A stretch of 61,503 bases of DNA, counting the filler, from a candidate division TA06 bacterium SM23_40 (GTDB lineage: Bacteria; LJUI01; SM1-40), in NCBI GenBank assembly GCA_001303705.1. It is 5 parts of 5 records of this genome, joined end to end, with 100 filler letters (N's around TTAATTAATTAA, not from the genome) between each part and the next. Parts side by side here need not be neighbours in the genome. Positions count along the whole stretch, not along the records: positions 10,745 to 25,021 come from LJUI01000084.1; positions 25,122 to 35,590 come from LJUI01000085.1; 3 more parts are not named here. One strand, 5' to 3'. The notes below the pieces were generated by a model. The model made no database searches and was not told the origin of the DNA. It saw nothing but the letters and a program-made list of their open reading frames with translations. Positions 19,958 to 28,709 of this stretch are shown here, piece after piece. The translations under genes and the position numbers were made by a program. Within the stretch, counting starts at the first letter, position 1, and each line of letters begins with the position of its first letter.

Positions 19958-21265
19958 ATGAAGATGTACAAAGCCGGGGCGTGGTGCGATTCTCCGGATA
20001 AGATGGAGGTAAGGAGTCCCTACTCCGGAGGAGTGATCGACTCCGTGCCGCGGGCGAGTCTGGCCGATCTGGAGGAGGCGATTTCGAGCGCCCGCGATGC
20101 AGCGGGGGAGATGTGCCGACTTCCAGCATACGAGCGCTCCCGAATACTGCGAACCGGCGCCGAGATGCTCGAGGCATCGGCGGAGCGGTTTGCCCAGACC
20201 CTCGCCTCCGAGGTGGGGAAGACGATTCGCGAGGCTCGCGGTGAGGTGAGCCGATCCGTCGAGACACTCCGGCTCTCCTCGGAGGAGGCGAAGAGGATAC
20301 ACGGCGAGACAGTGCCATTCGATGCCGGACCGGTCGCGGTCAACAAGGTCGGATTCTATATGAGGGTCCCGGTCGGGCTCGTCGCGGCGATCAGTCCGTT
20401 CAACTTCCCGCTGAACCTCGTTCTGCACAAGGTCGGACCGGCGATCGCGGCGGGGAACTCCGTGATTCTCAAGCCTGCCTCAGCAACACCGCTCGTCGCC
20501 CTGATGTTGACAGAACTCCTGCTCGAGGCCGGGCTGCCGCCGACGGCCATCAATGCGCTGACTGGGCCGGGCGGGGAGATCGGCGACGCGCTCGTCGCCG
20601 ACCCGCGTATCGATATGGTCACCTTCACCGGCAGTCTCGAGGTGGGGCGGCGGATCGCGGCCCGCCGCGGGCTCGGCAAGTTGACGATGGAGCTCGGGTC
20701 GAACTCTGCCTGTATCGTCATGCAAGGCGCGGATCTCGACCGGGCGGTCCCGAAGATCGTCAGGGGTGGGTACGCTCTCGCCGGGCAGGTCTGCATCTCT
20801 GTTCAGCGCGTCTATGTCCTCGACGCGATCTACGACCAGTTCCTCGAACGGTTGATACCCCAGGTGCGGAGTCTCAAAGTTGGTGATCCTCTCGACGAGA
20901 CTGTCGATATGGGGCCCATGGTCACTGAGGAGGCTGCCGTACGCGCTCTCGACTGGATTGCCGAGGCGGTCGATGCGGGCGCGACGGCGGTTGTGGGCGG
21001 CGGCCGCGCCCGTGCTCTCCTCGAGCCGACGGTTCTCACCGATGTATCGCCCGAAGCAAAGGTCTCGTGTGAGGAGGCGTTCGCGCCTATCCTCGTCGTC
21101 AACCGTGTCCATACTCTCGATGAGGCGATTGCAGGAGTCAATGACTCCAAGTACGGTCTCCAGGCGGGCATCTTCACCAACGATATCGGACAGGCGTTCG
21201 ACGCGGCCAGGCGGATCGAGACCGGCGGGGTGATGATGCGCGTCGTCTGCTTCGATCTCGGCTAG
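19958..21265 (+). CDS. Aldehyde dehydrogenase family protein with an apparent internal deletion near the C-terminus
   Basis: ISPFNFPLNL, KPAS, FTGS, ELGSN, GQVCIS, EEAFAP, YGLQAGIFT; the PYGG..SG.GREG segment is missing. Confidence 0.88.
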   Translation: MKMYKAGAWCDSPDKMEVRSPYSGGVIDSVPRASLADLEEAISSARDAAGEMCRLPAYERSRILRTGAEMLEASAERFAQTLASEVGKTIREARGEVSRSVETLRLSSEEAKRIHGETVPFDAGPVAVNKVGFYMRVPVGLVAAISPFNFPLNLVLHKVGPAIAAGNSVILKPASATPLVALMLTELLLEAGLPPTAINALTGPGGEIGDALVADPRIDMVTFTGSLEVGRRIAARRGLGKLTMELGSNSACIVMQGADLDRAVPKIVRGGYALAGQVCISVQRVYVLDAIYDQFLERLIPQVRSLKVGDPLDETVDMGPMVTEEAAVRALDWIAEAVDAGATAVVGGGRARALLEPTVLTDVSPEAKVSCEEAFAPILVVNRVHTLDEAIAGVNDSKYGLQAGIFTNDIGQAFDAARRIETGGVMMRVVCFDLG

Positions 21266-21300
21266 GCGGCAGGTCTCGTCTCTCGAGGGGAGGGTAGGGA

Positions 21301-22482
21301 ATGTCGCTGATGGATCGGGCGATCCTCATGCTGCTCGACGGGGTCGGTGTGGGAGCTCTGCCCGATGCGGACGACTACGGTGATGGCGGCAGTAATACGC
21401 TGGGTAATCTGGCGCGTGCGGTGGGCGGTATCGATCTGCCGCATCTTGAGCGCCTCGGGCTCGGATGGATCGAGCCGATTCCCGGTATCGAGAGGATACT
21501 GCAGCCGCAGGCCGCGTTCGGGAAGATGGCGGAGCGGTCCGCGGGGAAGGACAGCATCTCCGGCCACTGGGAGATTGCGGGCCTCGTTCTGAGCGAACCA
21601 TTTCCCACCTATCCGAATGGGTTCCCGCCAGAGATAGTCGAGCCCTTCGAGCGCGCAATCGGGAGGAAGGTGCTGGGGAACGAGCCGGCCTCCGGGACGG
21701 AAATCATCGAACGATTGGGGCCGAAGCACCTCTCCACTGGCCGGCCTATCCTGTACACATCCGCGGATAGCGTTTTCCAGGTCGCTGCCCACGAGAGCGT
21801 CATTCCGGTCGAGGAGCTCTATCGCTACTGTCAGCTGGCGAGGGATCAGCTCGTCGGCCGGCACATGGTTGCCCGCGTGATCGCGCGGCCATTCATCGGA
21901 TCGCCTGGTGCTTTCAGGCGAACGGAACGGCGCAAGGATCTCTCAGTGCCGCCACCCGGAGAGACTCTTCTCGATCTCCTCGTCGCTCACCGGTATTCCG
22001 TAGTCGGTATCGGGAAGGTAGACGAGCTCTTCGCCGGCCGGGGCATCACGGAGTCCGTTCACACGGTCAGCAATGACGAGGCGCTCGATGCCGCGTTGGC
22101 AGCGATGGGGAGACTCGACCGCGGACTCATCTTTGTGACGCTCGTCGAATTCGATATGCTCTGGGGGCACAGGAATGACTGCGAGGGGTTCTATGCCGCG
22201 CTCAGGGCGTTCGACAGCCGCATCCCCGAGATAGTCGGACTGCTGCGCGAGCGAGATGGCCTATTCATCACTGCTGACCACGGCAACGACCCGACAACGC
22301 CGAGCACAGATCACTCGCGGGAGTACGTGCCGCTCCTCGTCGCTGGTCCCCGGATCGCTCAGGGCAGGGATCTGGGAACGCGCGAGACGTTCGCCGATCT
22401 GGGGGCGTCGATAGCCGAGGCGCTGGGCGTAGTGGGGCTGCCGAGCGGGAAAAGCTTCCTCACAGAGGTTCTGCATGGCTGA
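21301..22482 (+). CDS. deoB: Phosphopentomutase
   Basis: LLDGVGVGALPDA, GKDSISGHWE, YTSADSVFQVAAHE, RVIARPF, WGHRND, TADHGNDPTTPSTDHSREYVP. Confidence 0.96.
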   Translation: MSLMDRAILMLLDGVGVGALPDADDYGDGGSNTLGNLARAVGGIDLPHLERLGLGWIEPIPGIERILQPQAAFGKMAERSAGKDSISGHWEIAGLVLSEPFPTYPNGFPPEIVEPFERAIGRKVLGNEPASGTEIIERLGPKHLSTGRPILYTSADSVFQVAAHESVIPVEELYRYCQLARDQLVGRHMVARVIARPFIGSPGAFRRTERRKDLSVPPPGETLLDLLVAHRYSVVGIGKVDELFAGRGITESVHTVSNDEALDAALAAMGRLDRGLIFVTLVEFDMLWGHRNDCEGFYAALRAFDSRIPEIVGLLRERDGLFITADHGNDPTTPSTDHSREYVPLLVAGPRIAQGRDLGTRETFADLGASIAEALGVVGLPSGKSFLTEVLHG

Positions 22483-22882
22483 TACACGTACGATCGACCG
22501 GGAAGCCCTCCTCGCGCACGCCAGGGAGGCGAGAGATCGCGCGTACGCGCCCTACTCGGAGTACCGCGTGGGGGCCGCGGTCTTCACCGGCTCAGGTAAG
22601 GTGTTCGTCGGTGCGAACGTGGAGAACGCGTCGTATGGCTTGACCGTATGCGCCGAGCGAGTTGCCGCCTGGGCGGCGGTGGTCGCCGGGGAGCGCACCC
22701 TGATCGCCATGGCAGTGGCTGGCGAACCGGGCAAGCGCTCGGTCCCCTGCGGCGCCTGCCTTCAGGTGCTCAGCGAGTTCGGTCCAGATATGGAGATCAT
22801 CGTAGAGAACGAATCCGGGGCGATAGAAGTCCACCGGCTCAGTGAGTTTCTCCCCGAGGCGTTCTCTCTCGACGCTGAATGA
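22475..22882 (+). CDS. cdd: Cytidine deaminase
   Basis: AYAPYS..VGAA, GANVENASYGLTVCAER, PCGACLQVLSEF. Confidence 0.96.
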   Translation: MADTRTIDREALLAHAREARDRAYAPYSEYRVGAAVFTGSGKVFVGANVENASYGLTVCAERVAAWAAVVAGERTLIAMAVAGEPGKRSVPCGACLQVLSEFGPDMEIIVENESGAIEVHRLSEFLPEAFSLDAE

Positions 22883-22893
22883 GGGTATAATCG

Positions 22894-23565
22894 ATGACCA
22901 CGGCTCCTGGGGAACGAATCGACCTCGCGAGGCTTATCGATCATACGCTACTTCGCGCCGATGCCACGCAGAGCGATGTCGAGAGGGTGTGTGACGAGGC
23001 CATACAGTGGGGTTTCGCTGCAGTCTGTGTCAATCCCTGGTATGTGAAGCTGGCAAAGCGAGAGCTGGCCGGCTCCTCCACCAAGGTCTGTACTGTCGCC
23101 GGGTTTCCTCTCGGCGCCACTCTGAGCGCGGTCAAGGCGCATGAGGCGGAGCTCGCCGTGAGCGAAGGCGCGCAGGAGATCGATATGGTGATGAACCTGG
23201 GGGCGCTCAAGTCAGGCCTATCGGACGTCGTGAGCGATGACATCCGCGCTGTCGTCGTCTCCGCAGGGCCCAGCGCGATCGTGAAGGTCATCATCGAGGC
23301 GTGCTACCTCACGGATGAGGAGAAGGTGCTGGCCTGCCGGCTGATTCAGGAGTCAGGTGCGGACTTCGTCAAGACCTCGACAGGCTTCGGCACCGGCGGC
23401 GCGACAGTCGAGGATGTGCGTCTGATGCGGCGCTCGGTGGGGCCTGAGCTGGGAGTGAAGGCGGCCGGGGGGATCGCAGACCGCAGGACCGCGCTCAGTC
23501 TCGTTGAGGCCGGGGCCACGCGTATCGGATCGAGCAGGAGCCTGGCGATCGTCGGTGAGGCCTAG
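22894..23565 (+). CDS. deoC: Deoxyribose-phosphate aldolase
   Basis: IDHTLL, GFPLGA, EIDMVMN, KVIIE, FVKTSTGF, VKAAGGI, GATRIGSS. Confidence 0.96.
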   Translation: MTTAPGERIDLARLIDHTLLRADATQSDVERVCDEAIQWGFAAVCVNPWYVKLAKRELAGSSTKVCTVAGFPLGATLSAVKAHEAELAVSEGAQEIDMVMNLGALKSGLSDVVSDDIRAVVVSAGPSAIVKVIIEACYLTDEEKVLACRLIQESGADFVKTSTGFGTGGATVEDVRLMRRSVGPELGVKAAGGIADRRTALSLVEAGATRIGSSRSLAIVGEA

Positions 23566-23626
23566 AGTTCGGGTGCGGTACCGCAAGGTCGCGATCAGAG
23601 CCGCGACCGCAATCGAGGGGGAGGGC

Positions 23627-24931
23627 GTGACCGCCTACGAGATCATCCGCAAGAAGCGGGACGGGGGCGAACTCACGGGGGAAGAGATCGAGTACTTCGT
23701 GCGATCGTACACCGGAGGTGAGATCCCCGACTACCAGGCTGCCGCACTATTGATGGCGATCGTCCTGATCGGCATGTCGGCCGGGGAGACGGCCGATCTG
23801 ACGATGGCGATGATGCGATCCGGCGACGTGATCGATCTCTCCGATATCCCCGGCGTAAAGGTGGACAAGCACAGCACAGGAGGCGTGGGGGACAAGGTCT
23901 CGCTCGTCCTCGCTCCTCTTGTCGCCGCCTGCGGTGTGCCGGTACCGATGGTCTCGGGACGAGCCCTGGGGCACACGGGCGGCACACTCGACAAGCTCGA
24001 AGCGATTCCAGGTCTGCGCACCGACCTTTCGGTGCGCGAGTTCAGAGATCTGCTCCGCGGCATCGGTGTGGCGATGATCGGTCAGACCGACGAGATGGTA
24101 CCTGCCGATCGCGAGCTGTACGCGCTCAGGGATACGACGGCAACTGTCGAGTCGATACCCCTCATCTCAGCGAGTATCATGTCGAAGAAGATTGCGGAGG
24201 GGGCCGACGCGCTCGTGCTCGATGTGAAGACGGGGAGCGGTGCGTTCATGCAGGAGGAGGCGATGGCGCGGGAACTCGCACGAGCGATGATCGATATCGG
24301 GGTCAGAATGGGGAAGCGGGTTCGGGCGCTCATCACAGACATGGATCAGCCGTTGGGGAGGGCTGTCGGCAATGCTGTAGAGGTCGCGGAGGCGATCGAG
24401 ACGCTGCGCGGCGAAGGCCCCGACGATCTGCGCGCTCTCTGTCTGGCGCTCGGCTCAGAGATGCTCCGCATGGGAGAACGCGCTGCGTCCGAGGAGGAAG
24501 CGCTCACGCTGCTCGCCGACGCGATCTCGAGCGGCAGGGCTCTCCAGCGATTTCGCGAGATGGTCGCCGCTCAGGGGGGAGATGCGCGGGTCATCGATGA
24601 TCCGTCGCTGTTGCCGAGCGCTCCCCTCCAGATGGAGGCGCGGGCCGAGGCCTCGGGCTACGTGCAGGGCATTGAGACTCGCGAGGTGGGACAGGCAGCC
24701 GCAGAGCTGGGGGCAGGGCGTGCGACGAAGGAGTCATCGATAGACCACGGCGTGGGGATCATGATTGAGAAGAAGGTCGGAGATCATGCGGAGAAGGGCG
24801 AGCCTCTGGCGCGCATCCTGGCGCGGAGCGAACAGGCGGGCATACGCTGTGTCCAGCGGATCGTGGACGCCTATGGCCTTGGCGATCGGCCGGGATCGGT
24901 TCCACCCCTGGTGCGGAGTACGGTCGAATAA
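23627..24931 (+). CDS. pdp: Pyrimidine-nucleoside/thymidine phosphorylase
   Basis: IIRKKRDG, DKHSTGGVGDK, SGRALGHTGGTLDKLE, SIMSKK, DVKTGSGAFM; GTG start after GGGGAGGG. Confidence 0.95.
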   Translation: MTAYEIIRKKRDGGELTGEEIEYFVRSYTGGEIPDYQAAALLMAIVLIGMSAGETADLTMAMMRSGDVIDLSDIPGVKVDKHSTGGVGDKVSLVLAPLVAACGVPVPMVSGRALGHTGGTLDKLEAIPGLRTDLSVREFRDLLRGIGVAMIGQTDEMVPADRELYALRDTTATVESIPLISASIMSKKIAEGADALVLDVKTGSGAFMQEEAMARELARAMIDIGVRMGKRVRALITDMDQPLGRAVGNAVEVAEAIETLRGEGPDDLRALCLALGSEMLRMGERAASEEEALTLLADAISSGRALQRFREMVAAQGGDARVIDDPSLLPSAPLQMEARAEASGYVQGIETREVGQAAAELGAGRATKESSIDHGVGIMIEKKVGDHAEKGEPLARILARSEQAGIRCVQRIVDAYGLGDRPGSVPPLVRSTVE

Positions 24932-25021
24932 CCCGATCCGCGCTCGGTACGGCGGCGCGGACTCAGAGGAGGCTCGCGAGGGCTTGCGACCGCGGCCCGT
25001 CACAGCCCGAACGGGTCGTCG

Positions 25022-25121
25022 NNNNNNNNNNNNNNNNNNNNNNNNNNNNNNNNNNNNNNNNNNNNTTAATTAATTAANNNNNNNNNNNNNNNNNNNNNNN
25101 NNNNNNNNNNNNNNNNNNNNN
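25022..25121. other. Artificial contig linker
   Basis: N-run with TTAATTAATTAA. Confidence 0.99.
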
Positions 25122-25162
25122 GATCAACTGCCCGCGTAAACGCCGCCATAAGAAGCCCAAAC

Positions 25163-25191
25163 AGGATAGACAATCCGCCCCCTCCTGTCAA
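25163..25191 (-). promoter_or_regulatory. Sigma-70-type promoter pointing off the contig end
   Basis: TTGACA-17 nt-TATCCT on the minus strand. Confidence 0.5.
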
Positions 25192-25250
25192 GCCCTTTAC
25201 CCACAACCCGGGTCCCACCCCCGGGAGGCGCCCCGGGAGGGGAATGCAGA

Positions 25251-25273
25251 CGGGGCCTCAGGTCGAGGCCCCG
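25251..25273. terminator. GC-rich hairpin downstream of the glutamate dehydrogenase gene
   Basis: CGGGGCCTC-AGGTC-GAGGCCCCG inverted repeat; no strong U-tract. Confidence 0.45.
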
Positions 25274-25312
25274 TTGCTGTGAGAAGCCTGATCGCCAACT
25301 CACCTCGCTGCA

Positions 25313-26899
25313 TTACGGGAAGATCCCTCGCTCTGTGTACACTTTCTCCAGTCGTTTCAGAGCTACAATGTACGCGGCCGTGCGCCAGCCGGTATCGAAT
25401 TCCTCCGCCGTCTGACCGACCCGCTCGTAGGCATCGACGATCTTCTTGTGCAGTTTTGCGTCGACCTCCTCGAGTTCCCAGAACTCGCTCCGCTTGTTCT
25501 GGAGCCACTCGAAGTAGCTCACGATCACGCCACCGGAGTTGCAGAGGATGTCGGGAATGACGTCGACGCCCCGGCTCTCCAGTATCCTGTCGCCGTCCGG
25601 ATCGGTCGGCCCATTGGCCCCTTCGGCAACCACCTTGACGTTGAGCAGCGGAGCGGTCTCCGCCGTGATCTGATTCTCGAGGGCTGCGGGCACGAAGATA
25701 TCGGCCTCCGTCTGCAGGAACGTCTTGTGGTCGATGGGACGCGCCCCGGGGTAGCCAGCGATGAGCCCGCTGTCTCTCCTCGCGAACTCAGCCAGATCAT
25801 CGGGATCGATCCCATCGGGGTTGGCAAACGACCCGCTCACGTCCTCGACGGCGACGAGCCTCGCACCAAGCTGTTTCATCAGGCGTGCTGTCCAGGAACC
25901 GACGTTGCCGAACCCCTGGACGAAGTAGGTCGCACCACTCAGATCGAAGTCATGGTCCTTCGCCCACTCCTGGATGAGATAGACGATGCCCTGCCCAGTT
26001 GCTTTCTCCCGACCCTGGCTTCCGGACGACTCGATCGGCTTGCCCGTCACGACGTGGATGCTTCGCTGCCGGTCCTGCGGCGGCATTGTCGAGAGATACG
26101 TGTCGAGAATCCATGCCATGATCTGTGGATTCGTGTTCACATCGGGCGCAGGGATGTCGTACTCGGGCCCGATGTTGTTGCCCAGGGCGAACGTGAAGCG
26201 GCGTGTAATCCGCTCCAGCTCCTCGCGCGTAAACTGTGACGGATCGAAGGCGATTCCTCCCTTCGCTCCGCCGAACGGGATATTCGTGATCGCGGCTTTC
26301 CAGGTCATCCACGTCGCGAGCGCCCTGACCTCATCAAGGTCGACTGAAGGATGGAACCGAAGCCCTCCCTTGAACGGCCCGAGGACATTGTTGTGTTGCA
26401 CGCGGTACCCGGTGAACATCTCAACGCTCCCGTTGACTCTCACCGGGAAGTGGACGACGATCTCATTCTGCGTTGTGGCGAGGATCTTCCGTATCGCCGG
26501 GTCAAGTCCCATCCTATCCGCGGCAGCGTTGAACTGTCTGGCAACGTTCTCGTACACGCTCGCCTGACGTATCGTAACATAGTGCTCGCAGCGCCAGACG
26601 CCCGCTTCAGGCCTCGGCAGACTGCAACTCTCGCGGATCGCGCAGTACCTGCAGAGTCCGCGGAAGACATCTGCTTCCTCGTCCAACCCTGGCTTCCCGG
26701 GCTGATGGTAGAGCAGCTTCCACTCCCTGCTCGTATCGAGAATACGCCCTCTCTTCCTCGGCATTCGTGTCTCGCGGCCATCTTGTGCCTGATCTTTCAC
26801 TCGCGCCTCGCTCGATCCAGCTTTCCCGATCGGACTCCGTTGAGCGCGGAATCCCGGCGCCTTCTCGGTGTCCACCGTGCTGATCTTCTCTCTCTCCAT
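25313..26899 (-). CDS. gdhA: Glu/Leu/Phe/Val dehydrogenase (glutamate dehydrogenase) with an N-terminal Cys-rich extension
   Basis: GYRVQHNN..GPFKGGLRFHP, MTWK, GGAKGG, DIPAPDVNT, VTGKP, QGFGNVG, EGANGP; AAGGAGG RBS. Confidence 0.93.
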   Translation of the reverse strand: MEREKISTVDTEKAPGFRAQRSPIGKAGSSEARVKDQAQDGRETRMPRKRGRILDTSREWKLLYHQPGKPGLDEEADVFRGLCRYCAIRESCSLPRPEAGVWRCEHYVTIRQASVYENVARQFNAAADRMGLDPAIRKILATTQNEIVVHFPVRVNGSVEMFTGYRVQHNNVLGPFKGGLRFHPSVDLDEVRALATWMTWKAAITNIPFGGAKGGIAFDPSQFTREELERITRRFTFALGNNIGPEYDIPAPDVNTNPQIMAWILDTYLSTMPPQDRQRSIHVVTGKPIESSGSQGREKATGQGIVYLIQEWAKDHDFDLSGATYFVQGFGNVGSWTARLMKQLGARLVAVEDVSGSFANPDGIDPDDLAEFARRDSGLIAGYPGARPIDHKTFLQTEADIFVPAALENQITAETAPLLNVKVVAEGANGPTDPDGDRILESRGVDVIPDILCNSGGVIVSYFEWLQNKRSEFWELEEVDAKLHKKIVDAYERVGQTAEEFDTGWRTAAYIVALKRLEKVYTERGIFP

Positions 26900-26974
26900 G
26901 ATCGCTTCCTCCTTGCAGTGTCTACCGCATCTTGTTCCCATCGATAACAGAACCTCTCTCTGCTACCTCTCTAC

Positions 26975-26990
26975 TGCAAGTTCTGTGCCA
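26975..26990 (-). promoter_or_regulatory. Sigma-54 (-24/-12) promoter of the dehydrogenase gene
   Basis: Minus strand reads TGGCAC-AGAAC-TTGCA, the consensus; a sigma-54 activator gene is adjacent. Confidence 0.85.
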
Positions 26991-27173
26991 AGCACATGTG
27001 CGGCGTCCAGACAGACGCTCACTCTCCTTGCCTCACATGTGCCATGCTCCGTATCTCACTAATCCACAGTTTGTTAGGGAAGATAGCGAAGAAGTTTCTA
27101 GAGGAATCAGCCGCCCGACGCGTACCGGCAGGCAGGATGATCAGAAGAGAAGAACCGGGGAAATCTGAACCGG

Positions 27174-27192
27174 TGGGGAAAAGCGCCCCGCA
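27174..27192. promoter_or_regulatory. Candidate upstream activator site for the NtrC-family regulator
   Basis: Imperfect palindrome TGGGGAAAAGCGCCCCGCA about 185 bp upstream of the sigma-54 promoter. Confidence 0.4.
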
Positions 27193-27338
27193 TGGAGTTG
27201 CGCGGAGCACCCGAAGATTAGGGCCGAAGATTCGAGCCGAAGGTTGCTGAATGAAAGGGTTCAGGCACGCCCTGTGGCGTGCCTCATGGTCGGTATGACA
27301 GGTACACAACTGACGAAGGCGCCCTGACGCCCCCACTC

Positions 27339-28694
27339 CTAGAGAGCATCCCCCTTGCCGACCTTCCTCAGTTTCTCTCGGAGCGTCTTCCGGTCGATCC
27401 CGAGTATCTCCGCCGCCCGGGTCTTGTTGCCGTCGACACTCGCCAGGACATTGAGGATGTGCTCCGCCTCCACCTCCGCGAGGCTGCGGGTGAGACCTCC
27501 CGCCGCCCCCGCGGAGAAACGCATCAGCGACGGCAGGTCAGGAACGTCGATCAGATGGGTCTCAGCCATCACCACCAGACGCTGGATCACGTTCTCCAGC
27601 TCCCGCACATTGCCCGGCCAATGGTAGATATTGAGCACCTGGAGCGCTTCGTTCGAGAACTGAGGGGTCGGTTTTCCGAACTCCTCGGCCGACCGCTGGG
27701 CAAAATGGTTTACCAGGATGAGAATGTCATCTCCTCTCTCCCGCAGAGGAGGGATCTCGATCGTGATGACGGCCAGCCGATAGTACAGATCCTCCCGGAA
27801 GATCCCCTTCTGGACCAAGCCCAGGAGATCTTTATTAGTGGCAACGACGACTCTCACGTCAACCTTCTGCGGGGTCCTCGAACCGACCATGCAGACCACT
27901 TTGTCCTGGAGCACGCGGAGGAGCTTTGCCTGCGTGGCGAGGCTCGTATTACTGATCTCATCGAGGAAGATCGAGCCCCCGTCGGCAGTCTGAAAGAAAC
28001 CCGCCCTCGTCTCCGTGGCGCCGGTGAACGCCCCCTTGACGTAACCGAAGAGCTCGCTCTCGAGGAGCTGCTCAGGTATGCCGCCGCAGTTCACCGGCAC
28101 GAACGGTGCTGATGCCCGCGGGCTGCTGTAGTGGATAGCACGGGCCACGAGCTCCTTTCCGGTGCCGCTCTCACCCGTGATCAAGACGGTAGCCGAGGTG
28201 GATGCGGCCTTGCCGATTGCACCATAGACTCCGTGCATCGCCTCGGAATCGCCGATAATGCCCCCGGGGGTCTGCGGCGTCCGATGCGATCTGGCACGGG
28301 CAGCAGTGCGCACGCGGAGCTTGTCGAGCGCCTCCTCTACGGCCGAGAAGAGCTCCTCGTCGGTGAACGGCTTCACGAGATACGCCTCAGCACCCGTCTT
28401 GACCGCCTCGACCGCCCCCTCGACAGAGGGGTACCCCGTTATCATCATCACTTCGGTCTCTTTGAGGTTCTCCCGGACATGTCTCACGAGATCGAGGCCG
28501 CTCGCGCCCGGCATCTTGAGATCGGTGATGACAAGATCAACGGACGTCGAGTCGAGAACCCCGATAGCATCTGCCACGCCCGTCGTCGTCAAGACCCGAT
28601 ACCCCTTCGAGGTGAGGTTTCTCCGGAGGAGTTCCAGAGTATCCGGAGCATCGTCGACCACCAGAATGCGCTCTTTCTTCTCAGAAGGATCCAT
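27339..28694 (-). CDS. Sigma-54-dependent response regulator (NtrC/AtoC family)
   Basis: Receiver (ILVVDD, DLKMPG), GESGTGKE, ESELFGYVKGAFTGA, WPGNVRELEN, Fis HTH. Confidence 0.96.
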   Translation of the reverse strand: MDPSEKKERILVVDDAPDTLELLRRNLTSKGYRVLTTTGVADAIGVLDSTSVDLVITDLKMPGASGLDLVRHVRENLKETEVMMITGYPSVEGAVEAVKTGAEAYLVKPFTDEELFSAVEEALDKLRVRTAARARSHRTPQTPGGIIGDSEAMHGVYGAIGKAASTSATVLITGESGTGKELVARAIHYSSPRASAPFVPVNCGGIPEQLLESELFGYVKGAFTGATETRAGFFQTADGGSIFLDEISNTSLATQAKLLRVLQDKVVCMVGSRTPQKVDVRVVVATNKDLLGLVQKGIFREDLYYRLAVITIEIPPLRERGDDILILVNHFAQRSAEEFGKPTPQFSNEALQVLNIYHWPGNVRELENVIQRLVVMAETHLIDVPDLPSLMRFSAGAAGGLTRSLAEVEAEHILNVLASVDGNKTRAAEILGIDRKTLREKLRKVGKGDAL

Positions 28695-28709
28695 AGCAGT
28701 TACTCTTCC

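Noticed and set aside
21301-24931. deoB-cdd-deoC-pdp cluster as a novel pathway
   Set aside because: Standard nucleoside catabolism genes.
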